Of a stretch of DNA of 64,000 nt, positions 23,723-35,809 are shown piece by piece. A program made the position numbers and the translations under genes. The notes beneath the pieces were generated by a model that saw only the letters and a list, made by a program, of their open reading frames with translations, had not been told where the DNA came from and ran no database searches. Numbering within the stretch: the first letter of the stretch is position 1; every line of letters starts with the position of its first letter. This DNA is from Eukaryota sp. TZLM1-RC (taxonomy: Eukaryota; Protista; Metamonada: BaSk clade), in assembly GCA_040285825.1 (NCBI GenBank), contig JAUPSS010000004.1, positions 6,415,784 to 6,479,783 on the forward strand. The letters run 5' to 3'.

Positions 23723-24550
23723 ACTGCAATAGACCAAAGTGTTTTTGAGTTATCAAAGGACTTTTGGATGTGGGTGAGTTTTTGTCCTCCCTGCAACCAA
23801 TTATAAAGTCCTAATTAACCCATAGATGTAAGCAGGATCATCGGTGTACCTTTACAATCGACAAATGCTTCCATCATGGTCAATATTTTCACTGAAACAA
23901 AATAATTTCTTTATTGTATTTCTATACTGCTACATTGCAGGAAGTATCAACATATCGATCTAACTGGTGGAAAACAATTCTTTGATATTATTTTGAAATC
24001 AAAAACTGGTTCATAGTTGGTGTAAAACCAAATTAAACTTATATATGTTGACAGAATTCAACAATTTTGTGTTTAAATATGGTTGAGTTTATAACATTGC
24101 TCCACATTGACAATTTCCAAAACGCTGGACTTGGTGGAACAATTCCCGACTTCACTGCTGAACGCATGGTAGATCAGGCTAAACTTAATAAATTTTGAGA
24201 CTCTGTTGTTAATTTTGTTGGTCAATATAATTTGTTGCTTATAAGGTAATTACAGTTTAACTACGACGAATCGATATACAATAAAAAAATTCCAATATTT
24301 CGATCGAATTTTATTTAATATTTCATTGAATCTGCAATAAACAGGTATTCGAAGAAATGAATTAAATTTTTTTATTTATATTTCATTTATTTCTGGTCGA
24401 CTTTGATTCTTGTAAACTAATGTATGTTTTTGCAACAGATAAACTGTATAAAAGGGGTCATCTTAGAAGTGATTTGTGCTTGGAATCAATGAGCAGGATA
24501 ATTTTGCATTTTCTAAGCACTTACACTTGCTCAATCCCACAACATCAACA

Positions 24551-26620
24551 ATGGACTCCACTCTACCCACAGTGCGAATACCTTCACGAGAAATACTGAA
24601 ATGGCTGCAAAGTCTAGACCTTTCTTATCCCGTCCGCAATGTCAAACGAGACTTCTCCAACGGTTTCCTAGTTGCTGAAATCTTTTCCCGTTATTTCCCT
24701 CAAGATGTCCAACTTCACTCCTACGAAAATGGACATTCTTCACGTAGAAAGCAGGACAATTGGTCACTCCTAAAACGTTTCTTCACCAAACGCCAAATAC
24801 CTTTCAACCCATCTCTTATAAATGACACAATAGATTCTAAACCTGATGCAGCACTAACCCTAATTGAAGAGTTTTATTCATATCTCACCAAGAGACCTAC
24901 TCCTACCTCTGTTGCTCCCCCTGTTGCATCTTCAATGCCTTCATTTACCAAGACCACTCTCTCTACGTCGCTAAAGAGTTCTCCCGCTGCCCCAATGTCA
25001 TCATTGAAGGACATGAACAAAGCTGACGAGGAAATCACATCACCTCATAGACCAAGGATTGAGTTTAAGAAGGTTGCGGTTAAGAAAGTTCGAGGTTCAC
25101 CGAAGGCGGAAAGAACTGAAAGAACAAGTAACCGAGTGGTTGTCGATTCAAACGTGGTCAACAAGAATATTGAAGAAATTTTGATTGAAGTAAGTCGATG
25201 TGCAAGTTTGGAGGAAATTTTCAGTAGCATGAATCAAATGCCGAGTTCTAAACTGGTTTCTATTTTTGAGGGTTTAATTGACCGTCATGATGACGTGATT
25301 GATTGCCTCAGAAGTAATGGTAGTGACTGTCTTCTGTTTATTCGGCTGTTAAGAACCTTTTTACCTTTAAAGTGCAATGATAAATTACAGTCAACATTTG
25401 TCTCTTGGATCACGTCATTAGGTCAGAATTACGTTGACTTTGTTGGACCAGCTGTTTCTTTTAGTTTTGTTTTATATTATTTAGTTCCTTTGGTTTTTTT
25501 AAATAAGACAATCCTAGAGCAAAAAGCCGAAATTCTGTCAAGTATTCTTTGTAATTTCACCCATTCAGCAGATTTGGTGAATTTAGTTAAAGAATTAAAC
25601 CATAGTGAAGATCAATTAGGCGCTCTAAGCATTATTTCTAAATTGACTACTCTTTTAGACAATATTGATGATAATTTGTCTGATGTTTTGCTTTATCTTT
25701 CATTATCCCATCTATCTCATATTAATCCCAAGTGTAGAATTAATTCGTTGGTTATTCTAACCAAATTAACTAATTATTCAGATATTTCTTGTCTTTTGCC
25801 CTCTCTAATTCCTTTATTAAAAGATGATAACTCTCAAGTTCGTTGCAGAACTTGCTTGCTCTTGAGTTATATCTTTAATGGAAAATATTCTAATTCTGAT
25901 GAAAAGAAGGTTATTGCGGGCAATTTGGTCAATTTAATCAATGAATGTTCTGATAATAATCGTGCTCTTTTTGTTTACTTATATTCAATTTGTTTAATGT
26001 CATCAGCTCTGAATTCTGATTCAGAGTATTTTTCCATTTTAATTTTATTTGTAGAGAAGTTACTGTCTTGTACTACTTCTATTAGATCATCTCTGATTGG
26101 ATTAGAACAATCCTTTCCTGCTTATTCTGATCTTGGTGACGTCACCAACTTTTGGAATTCTCTTGAAGTTCTGCGGATAGTAGGTAAAGTCGTTGTAAAA
26201 AACAAATTGTTAAACCTTGAAGTTGAACATTTAGATGTTATTAGAACCTGTTTATTATCCCTTAGACAAGATGTGGAACCAGAAGAGTTACTGACTGCAC
26301 TCAAACCTCTTAAAGATTTCATCTTTGTTTCTCTCTGTGATCCTGAACTGGTTATCCATGCATGTCTTACTGTTGATGTTCTGGAGCAAGTTGCTCCTTT
26401 TGTGTTTTTGGAGTTTTCAACACTTTTACCAGCTTGTTTTAAAATGCTATTTCCTGAAACTAACGTCAAGTGTCATGAACCTTTCTTACAGCTGTTGAGC
26501 AGAATAGTGGAAAGAAATGAAGAATTTGGTGATTTGGTGCTGGGAATAGTAAGTAAGCTAGGAAAAGAACAACTGTCCAATGAATTGTTGAAGGAATTTG
26601 TGTCTAAACTTGGCAATTAA
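24551..26620 (+). CDS. SPATA4/SPEF1-type CH-domain flagellar protein with HEAT/ARM-like C-terminus
   Basis: REILKWLQSLDLSYPVRNVKRDFSNGFLVAEIFSRY...S.RRKQDNW is the SPATA4-like CH_2 signature. ATG at 24551. Confidence 0.85.
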   Translation: MDSTLPTVRIPSREILKWLQSLDLSYPVRNVKRDFSNGFLVAEIFSRYFPQDVQLHSYENGHSSRRKQDNWSLLKRFFTKRQIPFNPSLINDTIDSKPDAALTLIEEFYSYLTKRPTPTSVAPPVASSMPSFTKTTLSTSLKSSPAAPMSSLKDMNKADEEITSPHRPRIEFKKVAVKKVRGSPKAERTERTSNRVVVDSNVVNKNIEEILIEVSRCASLEEIFSSMNQMPSSKLVSIFEGLIDRHDDVIDCLRSNGSDCLLFIRLLRTFLPLKCNDKLQSTFVSWITSLGQNYVDFVGPAVSFSFVLYYLVPLVFLNKTILEQKAEILSSILCNFTHSADLVNLVKELNHSEDQLGALSIISKLTTLLDNIDDNLSDVLLYLSLSHLSHINPKCRINSLVILTKLTNYSDISCLLPSLIPLLKDDNSQVRCRTCLLLSYIFNGKYSNSDEKKVIAGNLVNLINECSDNNRALFVYLYSICLMSSALNSDSEYFSILILFVEKLLSCTTSIRSSLIGLEQSFPAYSDLGDVTNFWNSLEVLRIVGKVVVKNKLLNLEVEHLDVIRTCLLSLRQDVEPEELLTALKPLKDFIFVSLCDPELVIHACLTVDVLEQVAPFVFLEFSTLLPACFKMLFPETNVKCHEPFLQLLSRIVERNEEFGDLVLGIVSKLGKEQLSNELLKEFVSKLGN

Positions 26621-27999
26621 TGTTTTTTGTAATATAAATATTTTAAATTTATTTATCGTTGATTTAATTTTTTCTAAATAATGCAAAATTTCAATTGATT
26701 CCCTAGTGATCCTAGCAAATCTGTTAGAATTGCCATATTTAGTTTGTTCCAATTGTTTTTCTTAAAAAATAACAGTATCTGTTGACTTACATTGTTGCCA
26801 CGATCGAAAATCAAATCTGAGTACTTTCGCCACAGTTATGAAATCACAATCTAAATCAAAGAATATTGCTCATTTTTTTGTTCTACTGCAAAGTGATAGT
26901 ATCCATTTTCAAAACAATTCCATAACAACAAACAAACAAATTTTCCGAGTATCTCCACTTACACTTGTATAAGACCAGATACTACACCTGGAATATTTAG
27001 TTGTTTCCTTGTGGTTCTAACCATTCTTTAAATTTATTTGAATTTACAGGATTTTTAGTTAATTGTGGCTGGTTAAATACTGACATCTAGTTTGCTATAA
27101 ACTATGTTGTGCCGTGATGAAAGCACATGTAGATCGTGGAGATAGACCAGTATACCTACAGAAAGCTGAGATTCATCAAGGTTCAGAAAATCTTCCTTCT
27201 CAAGAGTCTTTCGAAATTCTTTCAAAAGAAAACCTTTTCTTCCTTTCTCTCCTAAAGAAGCATCTCCTGTCGGGAAATGGTTGGACTTTTTTTTCAACAA
27301 AAATGGAAGGAATGGATTCTACTTTGCCAAATCTAACTCCATAATGCTAAGTTCGATTGTCCTCGATGTCAGACCAACTGCTCGTGAAATTCTCAGGTTT
27401 GGCCAGAGTAGAAAGTAGGGAAACAAGCATTTGTTTAGGTCCCATCAAAACAGAGAGGGAGAGGGGAAGGGAGCATTGTTGAGATAGCTGAATGGGAAGA
27501 GAACAAGATGTAAAGGAAGGAGAAGGAAACTGGAAAAAACATAGAGTTTAGACGGAGTAACAACGACCAGAACAGCTAGAGGGTAAATCGAGTTGATGTT
27601 GATGACCACTAATAGAGATACAGTGGATAGGCATTTGATACCATTGTGGAAATTAGCAATCAATTTGAAATTGCAATCAGCATGTCAGACATCGTGTCAG
27701 ACAGCGAGATTATCTTGACTCTTCCCATTTTTCTAACATCATGCAGCAAAACGAGAAAAAGGATGACAAGGTTATGGACTCAATTCCCACCTCCTCCTTC
27801 AAACTGTTCATCACAGAACAGTAGAGTACTTCCGCCCGAACTCCTCAGTCGGGAACAGTCATCCTGATTTACAGGAATAAACGGTAGGTCAGAGTCTCGA
27901 TTTCCTATCAGAATCGTCGTTCTGATCCTTCCGTGGGGTAGAGTATTGCACATTTTTCAGTCATCATGTGAGTCATGATATGGGTGCTGTTGAATCAGA

Positions 28000-28421
28000 C
28001 ATGGTGCTCATCACCTTAGATGTGGGATGTTCTTCTTTGCGTTTTGTTTTGAATTGTTATTTTGATGTTTATGAGTTTGTTCATTTTTGTGGTTTAGATT
28101 CTTGCACTTTAAATATGGGATGTTGTCGGATTTGAAATATTGATGATTAATGAGGCTTTCATTTCAGCAAAATTTCCTGTTTGTTCTGAAAAGGTTGCTA
28201 CGTTTTTGAGAGTAACAAATCCCAGATTTTATAGAAGAGAAAAGACTCCTGTTACTACATGTCATGGTTGATTAGCTTGTAATAGTGAGAGTTGCAAACT
28301 CAGTAACAAAGGCTCAACAAAGCTTTTTAATAAAAATCAGTTGGCTTGTCTGAATATGTTTGCAATTGCTGAAGCGAGGATGAGTGGTAATCAAAGACCT
28401 CAGTATCTATGTAGCACATAG
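28000..28421 (+). pseudogene. Fanzor1 C-terminal remnant (RuvC-II/ZnF/RuvC-III)
   Basis: Not in the ORF track. Frame from 28128 reads GFEILMINEAFISAKFPVC..FLRVTNPRFYRREKTPVTTCHG*LACNSESC..KLFNKNQLACLNM..RPQYLCST*. Confidence 0.85.
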
Positions 28422-28711
28422 TTTTTGTAATTATTCCACACGAAAATAGATCGTGTACTTATGCGAATTTCTCATAACAGAACCGAATTCCCAAATGCCA
28501 TAAGTGACCAAATCAGAATCGAAAAATTTTCTCTAATCTCCGTTAAGTGTGTCTGGAGCAAAAAATACATCACTTACTTGTGAAAGAGGAAGATTATGTG
28601 ATTTGCAGTAGTTTTGATAAGTAGTGATTGTGTGTTTAAGCTCAATCACCTTGGTTTGTAATGAATTGAGTTTAGACATCGGCTAATAACACAAAACGTC
28701 AAACAGCAAAA

Positions 28712-29626
28712 ATGATATACGAGTGCAAATTTGTGTTATCCATATGCATAAACTTTCGACTTCACCTCTTCAAACTTACAAAACTTTAACAACATCTTTT
28801 ATTATTTTATCTGTTGGAACATGTAATACAATTGTGCCCTTTCTGAAAACATATACCACATCTTGGCCTTCTTCTAGCCCTCCTAGCACCCACAATGTCA
28901 GACGATTGTACAAGTAGAGTTTCGTTCAACTGTTGAACAATTGTTGCTTGTTGCTCACGTAAAACCTCTCTGAGCCTCATCAACTGAACTTCAGTTATTT
29001 GGGCCGTTTCTGAAACAAATTCTCGAGATAGCTGTTGTCTAGTATCAACAGGGACGTCGCTGTCACAGGGCGGTATTGAAGGTTCTAGATCAAGTAAGAT
29101 CCAATGAGAATGAAATTGTTCCACTTCAAAGGGAGTGCATGAGTATAATTGTTCCTTCACAGTTTGAATACAAGGGATTCCCATTGTTGCTGGTTCAACT
29201 CAACAACATTGTTCTCCCCAGTTGTTCACAGGTTGTGCCATCATTTGTTTTAATTTTTTAATAATAAAATGGCTGACCTTTTTTTTATTTTGATAAATAA
29301 GGGATTAGACAAAAGTTCGCAATCGACTGCAATGGTTTCGATACAGATTGTTTTTCTGATTTCATCAAATTGGTACATGACGTATTGTTCCCTTCTTTCT
29401 GATTTATTAACAGCAAAGCACTACTCTTTGGCCCAAATGTGAATTGCCAGAAACAGGTCAGAAGATGTTCCAATAGAGCCATCATGTGAAGGTAATTGTG
29501 TTGTAAAAGTTGATGGTATCAACAGTATCAGGAGTTGATTGATATAAGATGTGTGCACACAGTCGGTAAAAATGCACACGTATAACATTTGCACATGGAT
29601 AACACAAATTTGCACACGTGCATCAT
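28712..29626 (-). mobile_element. TIR-flanked non-autonomous Mutator (MULE)-like DNA transposon derivative
   Basis: Imperfect inverted repeats of about 35 bp (core GTGCAAATTTGTGTTATCCAT at 28723-28743, reverse complement at about 29595-29615). They flank a SWIM-like QCC*...MGIPC, HSHW and a CGICFQKGHNCITC knuckle, as in MULE transposase C-termini. Confidence 0.7.
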
Positions 29627-30347
29627 CAGCAGTCAAAGAGTGGTAACCTGTTGAGATTATTGGAGGACAGGGATAAAATGAACTGATATGCTGAACTACT
29701 CAGTTTGAGAATTCTAACAAAGACATCCTTTGATGCTCTTTCTCTGCCTATCCAGGAAACCAGTGAGGAAACAAGTAGCGAAAGCGAAAGTTGAAAAACA
29801 ATGTATAGTTTTGAAGTAACTTAAAAATCAAGCTTTTGTCTATTTAAGTTGGTTCTTAGGAGAAAGGCCAAGAGCGAATGGGTTAGCGTATTATTGTTGA
29901 TCAGGAACGAGACAATTGTAGGTGTAAGGGAGTCAGAAATGCTGTTTCCGCTGACGTTGTCAAGTTTTTACATCGGAGAAGATAAAGTTCGTGTAAAAGA
30001 GAAGTTGTGAATGTTGTCCTGTCAACAGTCATTGTTAGGTTGAGTAGTTTCTATTTAAAGATTAAAGAAGTGTTAAGTTGATCACATTATGAAAAAAAAC
30101 TTTATACGAACTCAATGAAACAACACGTTTTCTTGATTGGACATGCTACTGTCATCACCTAAATAACTTCTTCAACTGTAACCATTTCAAGAAAGAAAAT
30201 AGTTGCGGCAGCTTAAAAATCACACATTATAGTGTTTAATTATCATTTTGCTCAGGCTTTGTATTTGTATAGATGTAAGAAGTTGTGAATAAATCAAATT
30301 TTTATTGTTGACTGTCTGATCTTTTCTTGACTGACATATTCACCCCA

Positions 30348-32299
30348 ATGGCAAACCCAGAGTTGCCACGTCGAGGGCGTGTACTCCCCTGGGAGGTTAA
30401 CCGTCGTGAGCAACCAATAAACGACAGTTCCAGCAAGTGCTGCTCAGTTCTTCTCTACTGCAGCTCTTGTTTCAATGGAAAGACAGTTTCGCTATATTCG
30501 AACTGTCACTGTGCTCACTGCCCGGTTAGCACAGCTGTTCGTCCTGCAATATCCGGAAATGGCTTTCTGGTTGTATCAACAACAGTTTTGGTATCAATGC
30601 CAAGACTTTGTAATGGTACCTCATCCGACTGTGAAACGCCCATTCGAGAATTATATGGAAGTGTACCGCGCACTCTATGATGTCTCTTTCCGACCTGTCT
30701 GGCTGTTTCCTCCTATTGGCTTTCAGAAGGGAACCGACAACTGGTGCCACTCTGACATTAGAAGCTTTCGCGCACCGCAAATGGCGAACAGCTTCTGTCA
30801 AATATTTACTGATGGCTCTGTCTCCTGAAAGCTGAACTTCTGCCGGACAATGGCTACCTTCTTTGAGTGTCCTTGCCCAAAGAAATATGCTTCATTAGTG
30901 GTGAACACGACTGCAGCCACTGTTCCTGACTCTTTGCGCGCATGGTATGATGAAGGTCACCATGAGTACATAATGGACCTATTTACTCAGCAGGTTGCCG
31001 ACCCTCATCGTTTTGACGCTATGTTGATGCTGGACAATGTTGATCTCAATCCAGACAACATCACCTTCTCATTCACTGTTGGGCTAAATATTTTATCCTT
31101 TCTGGAAAGTATTGCATCTGACACTATGCGAAGAACTGCCGTGTCCTCATCCCCCAGTTATTCTCCTCAGTTTGTCTCTTTTAGTCAAAAACTGGAAAAG
31201 TATTTTCTCTCTTTTAATGCCAACCACTGTCTGCTGAAAGATCCGTTTGCCTTTTTCAGAAAAAAGAAGTATCTGACTTACACAATCACTTCAGATGCTG
31301 TTTCAATCCGCTTCACTTTTTCTTTTGCCCCAAAAAAAAGAATCGCCTGACAGTCAGAGAATTGGCAACCACCATAACCAGTGGTGAACTCGATATGCCT
31401 GCAAAGAGTCGGAAGCGAAACTCAGACTTCAACAACAGGTTCGTCCTAGGCAACGTCGAAGAACTGACGACGCCTATGAGCCTCCGCCAGTTGATCCAAT
31501 TGAATATTCATTTTGTGCAATTGATCCTAATCACAAAAATTTGTGTGGTTATTCAATTGGATCGAGAATTGATAATAACAATGTTGATCATCAACTTTTG
31601 GGCCTTGTTCTGAATCCAAAGGCAAGGAAGATGATTCACCCCCCGGTCCTGACCCATGCATCACCAAATTGCTATTTTGCTAAGAATTTACACAAATATC
31701 TTAATGAAGAAGCAATGCCTTTGATGTGGGTACCGACACAGGAAGAAATCAGCAATCCCGTCTTCCGTCCGAGAACTATACTAGACCAACTGCTGATGAA
31801 TGGAGATCGCCGAGCCCTGCACCGCAACAAGTTTGATTTCTTTATAAGAAGGCAAAAAAGGATAATGAGATTAATTGAAAAAATTAAACTAATGGCTAAT
31901 AGAAGAAAAACCATAATTTGGTTTGGCAGTGGTAGGGATGGGCCATCAAGACAATCTGTAAAAACCCCAAGGAAGCGCTTTTTGAAGGAGATTCAGAAAC
32001 ATTTTACATATGTGAAGCCTAATGGAGATGAATTCTACACATCTGCCAAAACGAATTGCTGTAAGGTATTCAATCAAAAGGTGTATCACGATGATGGGAG
32101 GGTGAACAATGATAAGTTTGTATGCCCTCAATGTCAAACACTCTCGTCGAGGGACATCTCAGCTTCCAGAAACCAACTGGAGATTGCCATAAGTGAACAC
32201 TACTACAATGAAAGACCGGAGGCGTTGCGGAGACCCAGTAGGAAAGTGTTTTTCCATGTATTGCGTACCTGTACCCGTATTGTGATGTTGCTGCTTTAA
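30348..32299 (+). pseudogene. Near-full-length Fanzor1/TnpB-like RuvC nuclease gene with a few frameshifts/stops
   Basis: ITSDAVSIRF (TDG-like), RuvC-I FCAIDPNHKN (about 31523), IIWFGSG..KTP, rearranged RuvC-II DEFYTSAK, ZnF NCC..CPQC, RuvC-III SRDISASRN, and terminal RPEALRR. Confidence 0.85.
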
Positions 32300-32444
32300 C
32301 TATCATTTCATCGTGATATCATATAGTGATAGATCTAAAGAGTATGCTTAACGTCTATCAAGATTGCATGAATTGGTCAAAAGCCAGAAGTGCGTTTTGA
32401 TAGAAATTCACAGTAATCTCCTTTGATACTGCTTTTGACTTCGT

Positions 32445-33537
32445 ATGAAACGGCTTGGGAATGTTTTCTACAATCGATCAGTTGTTGTTGGACCGGAATG
32501 GATGTTTCTACTGATCACCATACTGATTATTACCACACCGCCTGTCATTAGCTTTGTTTTTGATAGCACTCTTTTAATCGGCATTTTTCCTATATTTACT
32601 ATTCTTATAGCTGTTTTTCTTGCATTTGCTTTATTCTTTTTGCTGTGTACTGCCTTTGCTGACCCAGGGTTTATTCCTCCAGATTGTAGCCACAAAGAAG
32701 ATCTTGTCTCTAATGATTCATGGTCTGTACTACATAGACCTTCCATTGTCAGGGCATCGTTTCCAGGACAGTCTGATGTTTTTGTTTCTCGTTTGTGTAA
32801 TAAATGCCAGATATTTAAGCCACCAGGCGTACACCACTGCTCTACCTGTGATTGTTGTACCCGCCATTTCGATCATCATTGTAGTTGGTATGTCTCTATT
32901 TATACTTTACTTTAACTTTAGGATTGGAACTTGTGTAGGAGAACGTAACTATGGTGTTTTTCTATGGTTCATCACAACACTCTCAGTACTATTTCTCTTA
33001 ATTGCTGTCTCCGGGTACCTCTCTGTTTTTTATGTTGCTGGATCCATTTCTGATGCTCCTATTTCGTTTGCAAATGCTGTTTTTGCAACCTTGGTTTTCT
33101 CCTTCCCATTCTTTCTCCTTTTGTTCCACCTGCAGCTGCTCTCACACGGCTTATCAACAATAGATCACATCAAGGGTCAGCCTCATGCCCATCAATTTTC
33201 CTGTAAAACCTTTCTTTCCACAATTAAACGCCGGTTCACTACTTTTCCATGGAGTATTCCATCATACATTCATTCTCCTTCTTCTGCCAAGTATGCCATT
33301 CCTGTCAATGATCCTCTTCAGACATCCCATGATGTCGATGATGTTGTAGACAGAGTGCAGTCAGTCACTCCTAACCTGATCTCCACGATACGTCTCTCTC
33401 CATCCTCAACCAGGACACGTTCTGCTTCTGAGTCAAGTATACCAAACCGAGCTCCTCCAGTTGATATGGATACCCAACATGATTTTCCAGAGTGTGCAAT
33501 AGAGTTGGATGATCAGTGTATAGACAAAACTCCTTGA
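32445..33537 (+). CDS. DHHC palmitoyltransferase (Erf2/ZDHHC9-like), two exons (intron 32888-32921)
   Basis: DPG, CNKCQIFKPPGVHHCSTCDCC..FDHHC. Removing a 34-nt GT..AG intron joins HHCSW|IGTCVGERNY. Confidence 0.92.
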
Positions 33538-33587
33538 GGTGAATAGTTTTATTTAAAATTGTATGATATATATTTATTTATTTATAA

Positions 33588-34244
33588 TCAAGCCAATACG
33601 GCTTTTCTTTCTTGTTTCACTGCACCAGGTTCATCCTCTTCTTGATCTTCTTCTTCAGAAGGTTTTTCTATGGATGGTTGCTTACTAACTGGAACAGGAG
33701 TGTTATTTAGTTCAAGTTGTAACTTTGTAGCTTCTTCATCCATTAATAAAAGATATTCATTTTCTACATCATTTAGATCATCAGCAGTTAGCGATTCTCC
33801 AAGAATCTGTCCAATTTCTTGATAGTGTTCATAGTGCTCACGAGATTCATCCATTATTAGTTCAACCTTCTCGACAGACATTTCTTTCTCAATCTCTCTT
33901 AACAAAGAGTTACCTTCAGAGATTCTCTCAAGTACCTGAGCTTGTATTGCTGAATCTTCGACCTGAAAGACCATCTGTTCGAGATTGGCCAGGTTTGTGT
34001 CTGCCTTGATTAGCAATGACTCCTGGAACTTCTTTTGTTTGAGACAAAGAAGTGCTCTATCTTTTTGTTTGAGTTCTATAAACTTTGCAGCCTTCTTCTT
34101 GAGATCATCTATTACCTTTTCAAGTCGAACCTGATACTGAGTAAGTTTGTCTCTTTGGACCTTTAGTTTGAGCAAAGCTTTGTCCTGTGAAGATACAGAG
34201 GGTCCTTTGGGGGGAGGAGGCTTCTTTGAGAACAGATTACCCAT
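33588..34244 (-). CDS. VPS20: ESCRT-III subunit Vps20/CHMP6
   Basis: Myristoylation start MGNLFSKK, QDKALLKLKVQRDKL.QYQ, Snf7-family helices and an acidic tail. Confidence 0.92.
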   Translation of the reverse strand: MGNLFSKKPPPPKGPSVSSQDKALLKLKVQRDKLTQYQVRLEKVIDDLKKKAAKFIELKQKDRALLCLKQKKFQESLLIKADTNLANLEQMVFQVEDSAIQAQVLERISEGNSLLREIEKEMSVEKVELIMDESREHYEHYQEIGQILGESLTADDLNDVENEYLLLMDEEATKLQLELNNTPVPVSKQPSIEKPSEEEDQEEDEPGAVKQERKAVLA

Positions 34245-34799
34245 TCTTACAGATAACAATGGTATAAATATCCCCTTATGTTAAAGAGGAACTGGAGAAG
34301 AGACAATATCATTTCCATTTCCTTTTTCGATTGATGAAAAAGACACATGTCCTTTTCTTGGCTTCAGATTCTTCTACTATTGCAATGTTCCCACTGTTCC
34401 ATTGTCTCATAAGTGAACCAACAAGTAGCTCGAAATTCATCCATTAAACGACATCACAATCAGATTTTCTAAAAGACTTTCTTCGGCATAATGATTCCAG
34501 TTGTTATGTTCTGAGATTATGTCTCATATTCCATTAACTACTTGATTAGGATCACTACTCACAAATTTAAAAAAAATGAATTATTATTATTTTCTCATGT
34601 TCAATTGATGTTTTGAATCAAGTGAGAAAAGTCCACTGTTGTAATTTACATAATTCATACTTACATAGATCTATCACCGGCCTCAATTTTATTGATTGTA
34701 ATTGGAGTGTCTTTGTAGTGAAATGAAACACCTGCATTTTTTGAAGTTGATAGATAATGACTATGGGGTATTTTGCGTTCTTTTTTTACAAATGATGAA

Positions 34800-35809
34800 A
34801 TTAATTACAAGAAAAATAATTCGGAGTGGAACTCAATAGCTGACATTCAACATATGAGTCCAGAAGAACAAGTATTTTGGTCACATTCTTTGAATTTGAT
34901 AGACTATTTAGTAAAAAGGGCTACAAATTTAACAACACCATGAAAACTGATGGTTTTGCAGCTTGTATTGAGCTAGCAAGAGAGGATTGTATTGGCATGT
35001 CCTTCAAGCCTGATAGTGCAAAGTTTGCAACCACTGAAAACTATTTGGATGATTTGGATGTCGACTAAAATGAGATAAACATTATGGGTGGCTGAAATTA
35101 ACAGAGTTGGAGTGGTCAAGGGTATCGAAAGTTCACCAAAAATTCAGAAAATTGAAAAACAAAGAGTTTATTTTACAAAATGGAATCACAGTAGAAGAAA
35201 AAGAAGCTACATCATCAAAAGAATCATCAAAAATTTCCATTTATAATAATTTCTATTCTCATGTTGCTTCCAAGCTGACAAACATAACATTTACATTTGA
35301 TTATTACTGTTTAATGATATGGCGCATTCAAAAAATGCAAAACAATGTCAATCATCAGAAAACAGAGGCTAAGTTTATTAAAAAGAATGGCCGAGAAGCA
35401 GTGGAAGCAAGAAGACATTATCCTAATATTTGGTGACAATGGCAATAAGAGAAAAAATTTAAAGCATCATCGATCAAGTAGAGGAGTTTGATGGAGAAAT
35501 TTCTTTAAGAGAAATGGTTATACAGTATGTTTGGTTGATGAGAGAAACACATCTTCAAAATGTCCAACTTGTTATAACCCAGTAAATGTATTTCTTGATG
35601 TTGAGAATCCTAGACCATGGATGAGAGAGAAGTGCCCTACTGTAAAATGTCATGCTTTGTTAAGATGTCGATCTGAAGTTTGTACAGAAGAATGTGATGA
35701 AAAGGACAAGGTATGGAATCGTAACAAGTTAGCATGTATCAACATCAAGGCAATTGTAGATTATTTGGTAGAGGATAGTGTTGGTGATATTCGTTCATAT
35801 TTGTCTTAA
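34800..35809 (+). pseudogene. Fanzor1 remnant
   Basis: KGYKFNNTMKTDG, WRIQKM, ILIFGD..KHHRSSRG, RNGYTVCLVDERNTSSKCPTC, NPRPW..CHALLRC..C, WNRNKLACINI. Confidence 0.88.

Noticed and set aside
27073-27900. Short ORFs on both strands
   Set aside because: No recognisable domain; probably decayed gene-family debris.
30348-31400. Alternative genetic code or programmed frameshifting to explain Fanzor stops
   Set aside because: Host genes end in TAA, TAG and TGA normally, and the lesions are of mixed types, so pseudogenisation is simpler.
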